Below are positions 1 through 6,819 of a stretch of 12,310 nucleotides of DNA, in pieces. The notes beneath the pieces were generated by a model. That model saw only the letters and a program-made list of their open reading frames with translations, ran no database searches and was not told where the DNA came from. Position numbers and translations under genes: made by a program. Position 1 is the first letter of the stretch, and the number at the start of each line of letters is the position of its first letter. Origin of the DNA: Candidatus Iainarchaeum sp. (GTDB lineage: Archaea > Iainarchaeota > Iainarchaeia > Iainarchaeales > GCA-2688035); assembly GCA_028713935.1 (NCBI GenBank), contig JAQTNI010000039.1, positions 1 to 12,310 of the forward strand, read 5' to 3'.

Positions 1-51
1 CCCGCCGCGCGCGATGGCAAGATAATGATAAAATCAAAATTAACAGATATT

Positions 52-99
52 GCCGCTGTATCTGCGGGCACAAAGGTGCCACAACGCAGAATTAGCGGC
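52..99. other. Extended nested hairpin (16 bp in three helices) abutting the convergent stops at 102-105
   Basis: Direct pairing: 52-57 GCCGCT with 94-99 AGCGGC; 62-66 CTGCG with 85-89 CGCAG; 67-71 GGCAC with 76-80 GTGCC, loop AAAG. There is a 4x4 internal loop (58-61/90-93) and a 4-nt bulge ACAA (81-84). It is GC-rich relative to its surroundings. Confidence 0.45.
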
Positions 100-101
100 T
101 C

Positions 102-917
102 TTAACAGTAATGGATTGACTTAAACTCGTCAAAAGTCAGTCTATTTTTAGAATACAATATGTTGTACCTTAATAAAAAATCTTTGTAAATAAAAAACCT
201 AAAATAGTTCTTTTCTCCGAGTGTTGCCATAATTGTTTCCCAGTCAAAAATTTTTAATTTGGCACAGCAGACAACCAAATCAGTCAAGGAATAATGAGAA
301 TTTGGAAAAATTTCATTAAAAGTATCTCCAATAAAGTGGCTTTTAAAATCCAGCCCAGAAATAAACTTTAACCTTGTGTGCTTTGGAGTTTCTTTTTCAA
401 AATAATCCAAAAGCTTAAAGTTGAAATGGCTTTTGGAATTTGCCACTCTCAAAACATGTTTTATTCCTGCTGAAGCTGAGATGATGCTGTTGATGCAGCC
501 CTCTGCCAATATGCTTTGTATATCTTTTAGAAGCTGCAAACTGTTAGAGTCAATAGTTACGCTGCCTTCTAAACTGACACTGCCATCAAATGTCAATACC
601 CCCAAAGCAAATGCTTTTCTAAAATCTTTCGCAGCAGTTTTGATTAATTGTGGCTCTTTAACTATGTCGCTTTTTTTTCCAAAAGGAAATTCGAAAAATA
701 CATTCAGATATCTTGCAATTACCTTGTTATATTTCTCGGTTTTGAATGCATTCTCTTTTTTTGATTTTCTTACAGCCAAATTAATATCAAACTCTTCTTT
801 AAACCAGCCAGCCCACTTGGTTACAGAAACTTTGCTTGAATCCATTAATCTAATCCCATAATTATTACTAAGAGAACCGTCTGCTGCATGAGCACCAGCA
901 ATCTTGCATAATGCCAT
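102..917 (-). CDS. LAGLIDADG-type homing-endonuclease-like protein, two-motif core (271 aa)
   Basis: Two LAGLIDADG-like motifs about 100 aa apart: LCKIAGAHAADGSLS (aa 3-17) and FALGVLTFDGSVS (aa 102-114). This spacing is typical of monomeric double-motif enzymes. The gene is very AT-rich (14/60 GC in 121-180, counted by hand). Confidence 0.75.
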   Translation of the reverse strand: MALCKIAGAHAADGSLSNNYGIRLMDSSKVSVTKWAGWFKEEFDINLAVRKSKKENAFKTEKYNKVIARYLNVFFEFPFGKKSDIVKEPQLIKTAAKDFRKAFALGVLTFDGSVSLEGSVTIDSNSLQLLKDIQSILAEGCINSIISASAGIKHVLRVANSKSHFNFKLLDYFEKETPKHTRLKFISGLDFKSHFIGDTFNEIFPNSHYSLTDLVVCCAKLKIFDWETIMATLGEKNYFRFFIYKDFLLRYNILYSKNRLTFDEFKSIHYC

Positions 918-950
918 TGTTAACTTCTTGGGGGCCCTAACTGGTTTAGA

Positions 951-1421
951 TTATTGCTGACCTACTTTCAAAAACTCAATTGCATCAATTATCTGCCATT
1001 TCTTAGCTTCAAATGCTTCCTGAGAAACCAAGCTTTTTTCTTTCCAAATTTCAAGCAAAACAGAGATTATTTTAAGAGAAATCCAAGGACAGTTTCTATT
1101 TACTTTTGTCAGTTGCCTTTTAGCAGTACTAAAAGAACAACCAATAGAATTCTGAACCTTTCTAGCAAGCAAATTTTGAGAAGCCTCTTTACAGAGTTCT
1201 GACAAAAGCCCCTTCATGATGAAATTCAAATTAGGGCCATTAGCTTTTATCCAAGAGCCCTTCATATCAGCATCAATCTGGGAATCATGCAGCCTAAGCA
1301 AGTCAAACTTCATAATTATTTCTGGATTTTTGCCCTTTAAAATATTTTGAGACAGGAACTTTCCGCTATTCATAAGAATCGCTTCCACAGAATTCGTTGA
1401 GAATCCGGATGCTTTCGTCAT
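951..1421 (-). CDS. HTH-containing upstream module of LAGLIDADG locus 1 (156 aa), in the same frame as 102..917
   Basis: Helix-turn-helix-like stretch ASQNLLARKVQNSIGCSFSTAKRQLTK. The stop TAA (951-953) is in frame with 102..917. The 11 intervening codons read SKPVRAPKKLT and run straight into MALCKIAGAHAADG. Confidence 0.5.
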   Translation of the reverse strand: MTKASGFSTNSVEAILMNSGKFLSQNILKGKNPEIIMKFDLLRLHDSQIDADMKGSWIKANGPNLNFIMKGLLSELCKEASQNLLARKVQNSIGCSFSTAKRQLTKVNRNCPWISLKIISVLLEIWKEKSLVSQEAFEAKKWQIIDAIEFLKVGQQ

Positions 1422-1515
1422 CCAAATCTTCTGGATTGCTTTTTACAAGCCTTCTTGCAATCCTTATCTCTTCCAGAGTGGGAAGAGGAAACTGAAACCT
1501 TTCTTCAAAATTCAT
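1366..1515 (-). CDS. 49-aa ORF with a strong SD; probably the original N-terminus of disrupted locus 1
   Basis: ATG at 1513-1515 is preceded by GGAGGTG (complement of 1522-1528) at 6-nt spacing. The ORF (MNFEERFQFPLPTLEEIRIARRLVKSNPEDLDDESIRILNEFCGSDSYE) overlaps 951..1421 in a different frame. The upstream part of track ORF 1366..1842 looks like non-coding read-through. Confidence 0.4.
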   Translation of the reverse strand: MNFEERFQFPLPTLEEIRIARRLVKSNPEDLDDESIRILNEFCGSDSYE

Positions 1516-1582
1516 TCGCAACACCTCCAATTTTAAAAAGAATTTTTTCGTGGACGTCTTGCGAATTTTGGAGGCATTAAAC

Positions 1583-1609
1583 GCTTTGGCCTTCCACAGA
1601 AGGCAAAGC
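1583..1609. other. 11-bp hairpin with one bulge and a CACA loop, inside a 368-nt spacer with no convincing CDS
   Basis: GCTTTG(G)CCTTC-CACA-GAAGGCAAAGC. Pairs run 1583-1594 with 1599-1609, with G1588 bulged. Confidence 0.3.
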
Positions 1610-1883
1610 TTTAAGCCGAGAAAATTCGAGTCCAAAAGAAAAAATTCGATTAATTGGAGTGTTGCAATTGAAGAAAAATGGGATTCAGAAGAATTTTTGA
1701 GAAATTGCTGCAAAAAAGCCTTTTTGCCTGAAACAACCTGGCAAAGCGCGCAAACAAGGATATTCAAATTCCAGGCACAAATATTCCACGAAAAAACACC
1801 CAGCGGGGCAATAATAGAAGAAAAATAAATTTTAGTTGGCAAACAAGCAAAGAATAATTAATCAGTTAAGCGCTATTTTTTTC

Positions 1884-2681
1884 ATGTCACACGGTTCCTT
1901 CCAACGCAGGTTGCGGCGACAGGAAAGAAAAAAAAGAATAATTGGAAAATTGGGCCAAAGGCCCAAACCCGACATAACACATGTTTTTTTGCATCCAAGC
2001 CTGCAAGCATTGCGGGAAATAATCAAGCAAGCAGGCCGCGAGTTTTACTCGAGGCGTTCGCCAGAACAAGGTGAAAAAACAATTGGGCAAATCATCAGCG
2101 AACAAGGTTTTGGAATACGGGGAGTGTTTCCGAGCATTCTACGCCTTAAAAAACAAGCCAGTTCCCCAGACAGTTCGATTGCTCCAGAAGAATTGATTCG
2201 CAGGGCTCTCTCTACAGAGGCACATCGCCAAAATGTCCAGCTAGAGTTAAAACGAGTCAGGGAACTTGGAAAAAGACCGGATGAACTTCTTGCGTTTTTG
2301 CACAAGCACTTACCCCAGCTTATTGAAGCCGAACGCACAAGCCACAGGAAAAGATCTGGCACCTGGACCGCTTATGAAACAGACCCAAGATACAGAGTGG
2401 GAATTCTCGTATTCAAAACTCTCAGGCCACCTGCCTCCCACATAGAAGAAGCACTTGCAGAAGCCCAAAAGGACTTAAGTATTTTTGAAGGATACAAGCT
2501 CGCTGCACAAGAAGCCCATATTCAGCTTAGGCAAGTGCACTCTGTTTTTTTGGAAAGAAGAATCAAGTTTTACAAGGATTGGAAAGCGCTCTTGCAAAGG
2601 CTTACGCGCATGACACTAACAGAGCGGAGAGAACTGCAGGAATATGCGCAAAAAATAGAAACAACAGAACAGGAAAAATAA
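1884..2681 (+). CDS. Hypothetical basic protein (265 aa from ATG 1884; the track ORF starts at TTG 1836)
   Basis: Long uninterrupted ORF with a clear compositional shift (28/60 GC in 2221-2280). An ATAATTAA TATA-like box (1851-1858) lies about 26-33 nt upstream of ATG 1884, which fits a leaderless start. I recognise no family. Confidence 0.6.
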   Translation: MSHGSFQRRLRRQERKKRIIGKLGQRPKPDITHVFLHPSLQALREIIKQAGREFYSRRSPEQGEKTIGQIISEQGFGIRGVFPSILRLKKQASSPDSSIAPEELIRRALSTEAHRQNVQLELKRVRELGKRPDELLAFLHKHLPQLIEAERTSHRKRSGTWTAYETDPRYRVGILVFKTLRPPASHIEEALAEAQKDLSIFEGYKLAAQEAHIQLRQVHSVFLERRIKFYKDWKALLQRLTRMTLTERRELQEYAQKIETTEQEK

Positions 2682-2689
2682 TTCAAACC

Positions 2690-2707
2690 GGAATTAAAGG
2701 CAATTCC
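2690..2707 (+). terminator. Hairpin plus T-tract downstream of 1884..2681
   Basis: GGAATT-aaaggc-AATTCC followed by TTTC, 9 nt after the TAA stop. Archaeal termination mainly uses oligo-T, so the hairpin's role is uncertain. Confidence 0.3.
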
Positions 2708-2741
2708 TTTCAAAAAGAACAATAATAAAAAAACTATTGTT

Positions 2742-3638
2742 ATGCATAAATACATGAAAGGAAAAATTCTGATGGTAATTCTGATTGCTCTTGCCTTGCT
2801 TGCAGTTGGCTGCACAACAGCAAATCCCCCGCAAGCCTGTACAATGGAAGCCAAGTTATGCCCAGATGGTTCCAGTGTGGGAAGAGTATTGCCAAACTGC
2901 GAATTCGCACCTTGCCCAGAAACAGGCCAAAACCAAAATATCAAACTTGCTACTGACAAAACCGCATACAATATCGGCGAAACTGTTACAGCCGAATTGC
3001 AGAACAATTCTGAACAATCAATCTTTGTCAAGGTAATCAACATCGCGCAATCCGTTTACCAAAAGAAAAGTGACGGAACCTACGAAGTGCTTGCTCTTCG
3101 CGACCCGACCATTCGCATAATGTCTGTACTCCCACGAACCGAAGAAATCAAAAGCGGGGAAGAAAAATCAGGAACCTGGAATGGTTATGCTTACCAACTA
3201 ATACTATACGAAGACAAAAACCGCATGGCTGAATGGAAACCCTATCAACCAGTCGGAACTTTTAAAATCGAAACAGGTTATTCGTTTGCAATAAACCCAA
3301 TGGACAACAACCAAAGCAGCCTGAAAGAACCAATTATAAAAGTCGAAAGCAACGAATTTGAAATTGCAAACAATCAAATTGCAAACCCCGCTTCAACATT
3401 TTGCATTGAAGAGGGCGGTTCTTCAGTTGATGGAAATTGTTCCTTCGAAACTGTTTCCTGCCCCGAATGGGATTTTTTCCGCGGAAAATGCGGGCAGGAA
3501 TTCACGAATTGCAGCAAAGCAGGGTTTGAAGTTCAAAATGCGGCTGTAACTGAAGGCGAAAGCCAGATGGAATACGGCCTGTGCGTGATTTCTTCAGACA
3601 AAAATTGTTTGCTGCAGGATTTCAACGGAAACTGCTAA
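2742..3638 (+). CDS. Secreted lipobox protein with a DUF333-like Cys-rich C-terminal domain (298 aa)
   Basis: N-terminal signal peptide MHKYMKGKILMVILIALALLAVGC, with the lipobox-like LAVGC. The C-terminal NPASTFCIEEGGSSVDGNCSFETVSCPEWDFFRGKCG matches the DUF333 pattern as I remember it (NPAS.yC...GG...C.f.dG..C.eW.ffrG.C). Confidence 0.7.
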   Translation: MHKYMKGKILMVILIALALLAVGCTTANPPQACTMEAKLCPDGSSVGRVLPNCEFAPCPETGQNQNIKLATDKTAYNIGETVTAELQNNSEQSIFVKVINIAQSVYQKKSDGTYEVLALRDPTIRIMSVLPRTEEIKSGEEKSGTWNGYAYQLILYEDKNRMAEWKPYQPVGTFKIETGYSFAINPMDNNQSSLKEPIIKVESNEFEIANNQIANPASTFCIEEGGSSVDGNCSFETVSCPEWDFFRGKCGQEFTNCSKAGFEVQNAAVTEGESQMEYGLCVISSDKNCLLQDFNGNC

Positions 3639-3649
3639 AAAAATAAAAA

Positions 3650-3925
3650 TCAGCCTGTTGGATTATTTTCATCATTAGGGACAATGCCCAAAGAGTACAA
3701 TTGGTTTAAGCAATCCTTATTTTCCTGGTTTAACAATGAATTCTGGGTTTTGCATTCCTTCAAATCCTGTGCTATCTGCGGAGCAAACAAGGGCTCAATG
3801 TAAAGATGCACAGCAAGGGCACCGATTATCATGCCAAGAATCAGGCAGAACAAAAGCAAAACCGCAGAGCTTGACCAAAAAGATTTTTTGGAACGCTTAT
3901 GCCTGTCCTCTTCATCTTCACCCAT
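3650..3925 (-). CDS. Small single-pass membrane protein (91 aa)
   Basis: GGTGAT SD (complement of 3931-3936) sits 5 nt upstream of the ATG. A charged N-terminus is followed by one hydrophobic helix (AVLLLFCLILGMIIGALAVHLYI) and a polar tail. Confidence 0.6.
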   Translation of the reverse strand: MGEDEEDRHKRSKKSFWSSSAVLLLFCLILGMIIGALAVHLYIEPLFAPQIAQDLKECKTQNSLLNQENKDCLNQLYSLGIVPNDENNPTG

Positions 3926-3966
3926 TTTTAATCACCAAATTACACAATTGTTTTACGATTAACATT

Positions 3967-4236
3967 TTAACGAGTTCTTTTTTTGTAATTTTTAGACTCT
4001 CGTTGCATTTTTTCTACTTCGCGCAGGTGCATTAGAATAGGGCCTGTCCGCAGAACTGGCAGTTCTGCCATTCTTCTTCTAAGTTCTGTAATATACCTTT
4101 TCAAATAAGCTGGAGTTGCAATACTTGGATACTTCAATGGATTCAAAAATTCTTGTCCTCGCGCACTTTTTGTTTGTTGCTGTTTCCTCGATTTCAAACG
4201 CTCTTGTACCCTTCCCATAGACCATTTTCTTGCCAT
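3967..4236 (-). CDS. Small highly basic protein (89 aa), translationally coupled to taw1
   Basis: The ATG (4234-4236) directly abuts the taw1 stop (TGA, 4237-4239). A GGTGA SD lies in the last taw1 codons (complement of 4241-4245). The protein is K/R-rich and I recognise no family. Confidence 0.6.
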   Translation of the reverse strand: MARKWSMGRVQERLKSRKQQQTKSARGQEFLNPLKYPSIATPAYLKRYITELRRRMAELPVLRTGPILMHLREVEKMQRESKNYKKRTR

Positions 4237-5178
4237 TCAATCACCTTTTTTGATTTTCAGTTTTTTTTTGCCGCTTGAAAGCAGGACAACCCTGCTTTCC
4301 TTGCTTTCGCCTGCAATAGTATAATTCAAGTGGTTATTAATTTTTTCTGCAAAGGCCCTTACTTCAGAATGCAAAGGCATGTTTTCAATTTTAAGGCGCT
4401 GCCTGCTTAGACCCACATGCATATATGCTTTCAACTCAATAAAATCCGGTGCTGCTTTTGATAAAATTTTAGCATATTCTCCTGCATTGCACAGATTATA
4501 ATCTTTAACTAAAGTCAGTCTAACTACATTGCGTTCAAAATTATGCAATAAAGAAAGGGAGCGTTGAATTTTCTGCCAGCCATTATGCACTGCGGGTCTG
4601 CAAGATTTAATAAATATTTCTTCATTTGGAGCTGGCAGGGTAACATACATTTGAGTTGGTTGGTGCTTAACCAGTTTTTTTAGCATTTCTGGCATAGTGC
4701 CATTTGTAACAACAAAAGTTGTCATTTTTCTATCACGGATTTCTTCAATTAGTTCAGGAAGTTTTGGGTAAATGCAAGGTTCTGCAACAAGGCTAATTGC
4801 AAAATGCAGTGGTTGCGCTGCTTCCTGCAATCTTTTTCTATTGACAAGGGCATAACCCCCAAAACCAGCCAAAAGCGCTTTATTTTTTTCAATACAACCA
4901 TCAACTATTGAACTTGGGGAATCTACAGGGCCTATCCATTTGTTTTCAGTGAACTCTACAGCACGCCAGCACCAAATGCAACGAAGATTACATGCAGTTA
5001 TTACAGGACTCATCTGTAAACAGCGCCAGCTTTTGATGCCATAAAACTGGGATTTATAGCAAACTCCCTCATTTCGCAAGGCTTTTCTGCACCACAAACA
5101 GGTCTTTACTGCACTATGCTTTCCAACGATTTTATAATGCTGATGCTCTAAAATTTCTCTCTTGGCATTGGATAACAT
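4237..5178 (-). CDS. taw1: tRNA 4-demethylwyosine synthase, radical SAM (Taw1/TYW1), 313 aa
   Basis: Radical-SAM CxxxCxxC motif (CNLRCIWCW). The N-terminus carries the auxiliary-cluster cysteines in the typical Taw1 context (HSAVKTCLWCRKAL..GVCYKSQFYGIKSWRC). Length and the C-terminal KAYMHVG region are typical of archaeal Taw1. Confidence 0.9.
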   Translation of the reverse strand: MLSNAKREILEHQHYKIVGKHSAVKTCLWCRKALRNEGVCYKSQFYGIKSWRCLQMSPVITACNLRCIWCWRAVEFTENKWIGPVDSPSSIVDGCIEKNKALLAGFGGYALVNRKRLQEAAQPLHFAISLVAEPCIYPKLPELIEEIRDRKMTTFVVTNGTMPEMLKKLVKHQPTQMYVTLPAPNEEIFIKSCRPAVHNGWQKIQRSLSLLHNFERNVVRLTLVKDYNLCNAGEYAKILSKAAPDFIELKAYMHVGLSRQRLKIENMPLHSEVRAFAEKINNHLNYTIAGESKESRVVLLSSGKKKLKIKKGD

Positions 5179-5824
5179 TATTTTCCCGTTCCAATTCGTT
5201 TTTACAGAAGTCTATAAAATGCAATAATTCTTGGGCCTTTCTTGATAACAAATACTTGTATTCCTTGTTATTATTGGATACAAGTAAGAAATAACCTTGC
5301 TTTTTCTTACCACTTAGCCAATTCTTTGCAGCAGCTATTTTCACTCCAAATAAATCTGCAAACGCTTTATGCGTTATTGGCTCTTGTTTTTGAATTTCTT
5401 TGAATCTTCTATAACTTCCGTTAGTCTCTTGTTTTAAAATTATACCACGGAGCAATTTTTTCCAGTTGCGCGTGCCTTTGAAGGCACCTATTCTGACAAA
5501 AAAACGCAGGGTTTTTTCACTGCACTTGAAATAAACCCTTTGACCATCATCCCAATTAGCAACAGCAACACAAAACAATTTCAATATTCTCCGATAGTCT
5601 TCACGGTATTCCTTATTTTTATCACTGATATATCCCTGCACTCTAAAATGGCCTTTCTTGTTTTTTGTAAATGAAATTGAACCATCCCCCGTTAAAGTCT
5701 TGGCTAAGAATGCTTCAGCAAAAGCCCTAAGATTGCCTTCTACACAACTCTGTTTTGTTATAACTTCCCTCGCTTTGTCCAAAGACTGCAAAAAAATCTC
5801 TGCAAAAACCGCTCTCTCCACCAC
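5132..5824 (-). CDS. LAGLIDADG locus 2, piece C: second LAGLIDADG motif plus C-terminal wHTH-like region (230 aa)
   Basis: Motif FLAKTLTGDGSISF. The C-terminal ITHKAFADLFGVKIAAAKNWLSGKKKQGYFLLVS looks like a winged helix. The listed start is GTG, and the frame stays open upstream of it. The 3' end overlaps the taw1 start by 47 nt. Confidence 0.6.
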   Translation of the reverse strand: MVERAVFAEIFLQSLDKAREVITKQSCVEGNLRAFAEAFLAKTLTGDGSISFTKNKKGHFRVQGYISDKNKEYREDYRRILKLFCVAVANWDDGQRVYFKCSEKTLRFFVRIGAFKGTRNWKKLLRGIILKQETNGSYRRFKEIQKQEPITHKAFADLFGVKIAAAKNWLSGKKKQGYFLLVSNNNKEYKYLLSRKAQELLHFIDFCKNELERENNVIQCQERNFRASAL

Positions 5825-6444
5825 AACCCAAAAACAATAGTATAACTTTTCGTGGCTTGGATAACTATAACAAGTTGGGTTATGCCTGTGCTTCCTTTGA
5901 ACTTGTTAATTTGATTTTTAATTTTCTCTTCGGGGCAATTGTACGGGTTATAGTGGCAGTTGGCTTTAATCAGGGTTTTTTCTATTCCCATATTTTCCAA
6001 AAAATTGGTAAATTGTCTGTGCTCTTCTATTGATTTGTTGGCAAAAATTAGTCTCGGTGATTGGTTACTCAGCAAATTTGTGAATTTTGTTCCCTCTGCT
6101 TGCAATTGACCTAGGACAGCGCCAAAGTCTATTGGATTAACAAATCGTTTAATTGAAACTTGGTTGGAGCTTCCATTATTTGTTGGATATTTTATAATCA
6201 AAAAAGCTTCTTTGCCTTTGTTTATTTCTTCAACAAAAAATTTGAACCCTCTTCTGGTTTCTTTTGGAATAAAAAACCGTAAATCAATTTGGTTTCCAAC
6301 AAACATTTGAGAAGAAGGAACAAACTGGTTCGCCTTGCGGATATCCACAATTTCTAATGAATCAAACGGGTTCAGACACAAACTCTTTCTTGCATCAGTA
6401 GGAACAAATGCTTTGGCTTGATGTGACTTAGCACAGTAATGCAC
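5758..6444 (-). CDS. LAGLIDADG locus 2, piece B: first LAGLIDADG-like motif (228 aa as listed; frame open up to 6513)
   Basis: Motif FGAVLGQLQAEGTKF, with Glu at the acidic position. There is no ATG near the ORF start (listed start is GTG; the first Met is residue 47). The tail after about 5830 (GLWWRERFLQRFFCSLW) looks non-native, whereas the piece C frame reads well from the same point. Confidence 0.5.
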   Translation of the reverse strand: MHYCAKSHQAKAFVPTDARKSLCLNPFDSLEIVDIRKANQFVPSSQMFVGNQIDLRFFIPKETRRGFKFFVEEINKGKEAFLIIKYPTNNGSSNQVSIKRFVNPIDFGAVLGQLQAEGTKFTNLLSNQSPRLIFANKSIEEHRQFTNFLENMGIEKTLIKANCHYNPYNCPEEKIKNQINKFKGSTGITQLVIVIQATKSYTIVFGLWWRERFLQRFFCSLWTKRGKL

Positions 6445-6470
6445 TTTAGTTATGAAAGTATATTCGTTGT

Positions 6471-6785
6471 TCAGTTTCTTAAGGTAATTCTCAAAGGGAT
6501 TTTGCCTTGTTTTTTAAAGCCGATTTTAGAAACAATTCTGCAAGGAATGTTAAACTTGAAATCTCTGAATATTCTGGCTGAACAAGGAAGAAAACTGATG
6601 TTTTCTGCGTTACCATTAAGACAATAAGTGCCACGGAATATCTGCTCAATTCTGCCTGCGTTTTTCAGCCTATGCAGGCAATGCTTAGCTGAATCATAGG
6701 ATAACGAAAGAGCAATGGAAACATCTTTAATTGCCAAGAACGAATCTTGAAATAAGCTTAGGGCTTTAGCATCAATGTTACTCAT
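6471..6785 (-). CDS. LAGLIDADG locus 2, piece A: winged-helix DNA-binding module (104 aa from ATG 6785)
   Basis: LAIKDVSIALSLSYDSAKHCLHRLKNAGRIEQIFRGTYCL resembles a wHTH of the pattern L.rL.k.G.i..i.RG.Y seen in AbiEi-type N-terminal domains. A TTTAAA box (complement of 6807-6812) lies about 22-27 nt upstream of the ATG. Confidence 0.55.
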   Translation of the reverse strand: MSNIDAKALSLFQDSFLAIKDVSIALSLSYDSAKHCLHRLKNAGRIEQIFRGTYCLNGNAENISFLPCSARIFRDFKFNIPCRIVSKIGFKKQGKIPLRITLRN

Positions 6786-6819
6786 ATTCTTATTGCAATT
6801 TTCTAGTTTAAAGGTATTT

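Larger units (their letters stand above)
102..1515 (-). mobile_element. Free-standing HTH + LAGLIDADG endonuclease cassette 1 (disrupted; boundaries approximate)
   Basis: Three consecutive same-strand ORF pieces together give an HTH plus 2xLAGLIDADG architecture of about 470 aa. AT content is much higher than in neighbouring genes. No terminal repeats were identified. Confidence 0.45.
5132..6819 (-). mobile_element. wHTH + LAGLIDADG endonuclease cassette 2, lying between a taw1 5' remnant and the intact taw1 (boundaries approximate)
   Basis: Three same-strand ORF pieces are linked by two -1 frame changes. The cassette is AT-rich (18/60 GC in 5221-5280) compared with taw1 (23/60 in 4741-4800) and the upstream gene (28-34/60). 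It is flanked on both sides by Taw1 N-terminus-coding sequence. Confidence 0.45.

Noticed and set aside
1-105. Stop-free frames on both strands at the window edge: + frame 1 reads PAARDGKIMIKSKLTDIAAVSAGTKVPQRRISGS*, and the minus frame continues in phase after the LAGLIDADG stop (EPLILRCGTFVPADTAAISVNF...).
   Set aside because: Both are short and lack recognisable motifs. They run straight through the 16-bp nested hairpin (52-99), which suggests non-coding structured sequence. With the edge truncated, neither can be supported as a CDS.
421-861. 146-aa ORF on the + strand inside LAGLIDADG gene 1.
   Set aside because: It is an antisense shadow ORF within a motif-supported CDS, with a low-complexity hydrophobic translation and no start signals.
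102-917. Possibility that the LAGLIDADG ORFs are inteins or intron-encoded endonucleases.
   Set aside because: I see no intein splice-junction residues: no N-terminal Cys/Ser block and no C-terminal HN followed by Cys/Ser/Thr. There is no in-frame host extein on either side, and no rRNA or tRNA exon sequence flanks them. They appear free-standing.
1550-1828. 92-aa + strand ORF (GTG start) in the long spacer.
   Set aside because: It has no SD or TATA-like box at a suitable distance and no recognisable motif, and its composition looks non-coding. The region is kept only as an unexplained spacer in the findings.
2570-3043. 157-aa minus-strand ORF overlapping the end of 1884..2681 and the start of the lipoprotein gene.
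   Set aside because: It is antisense to two better-supported genes and spans their intergenic terminator, so it is likely spurious.
3363-3390. 10-bp direct repeat AATTGCAAAC ... AATTGCAAAC inside the lipoprotein gene.
   Set aside because: It simply encodes a short peptide repeat (EIANNQIANP) and there is no sign of a larger repeat array.
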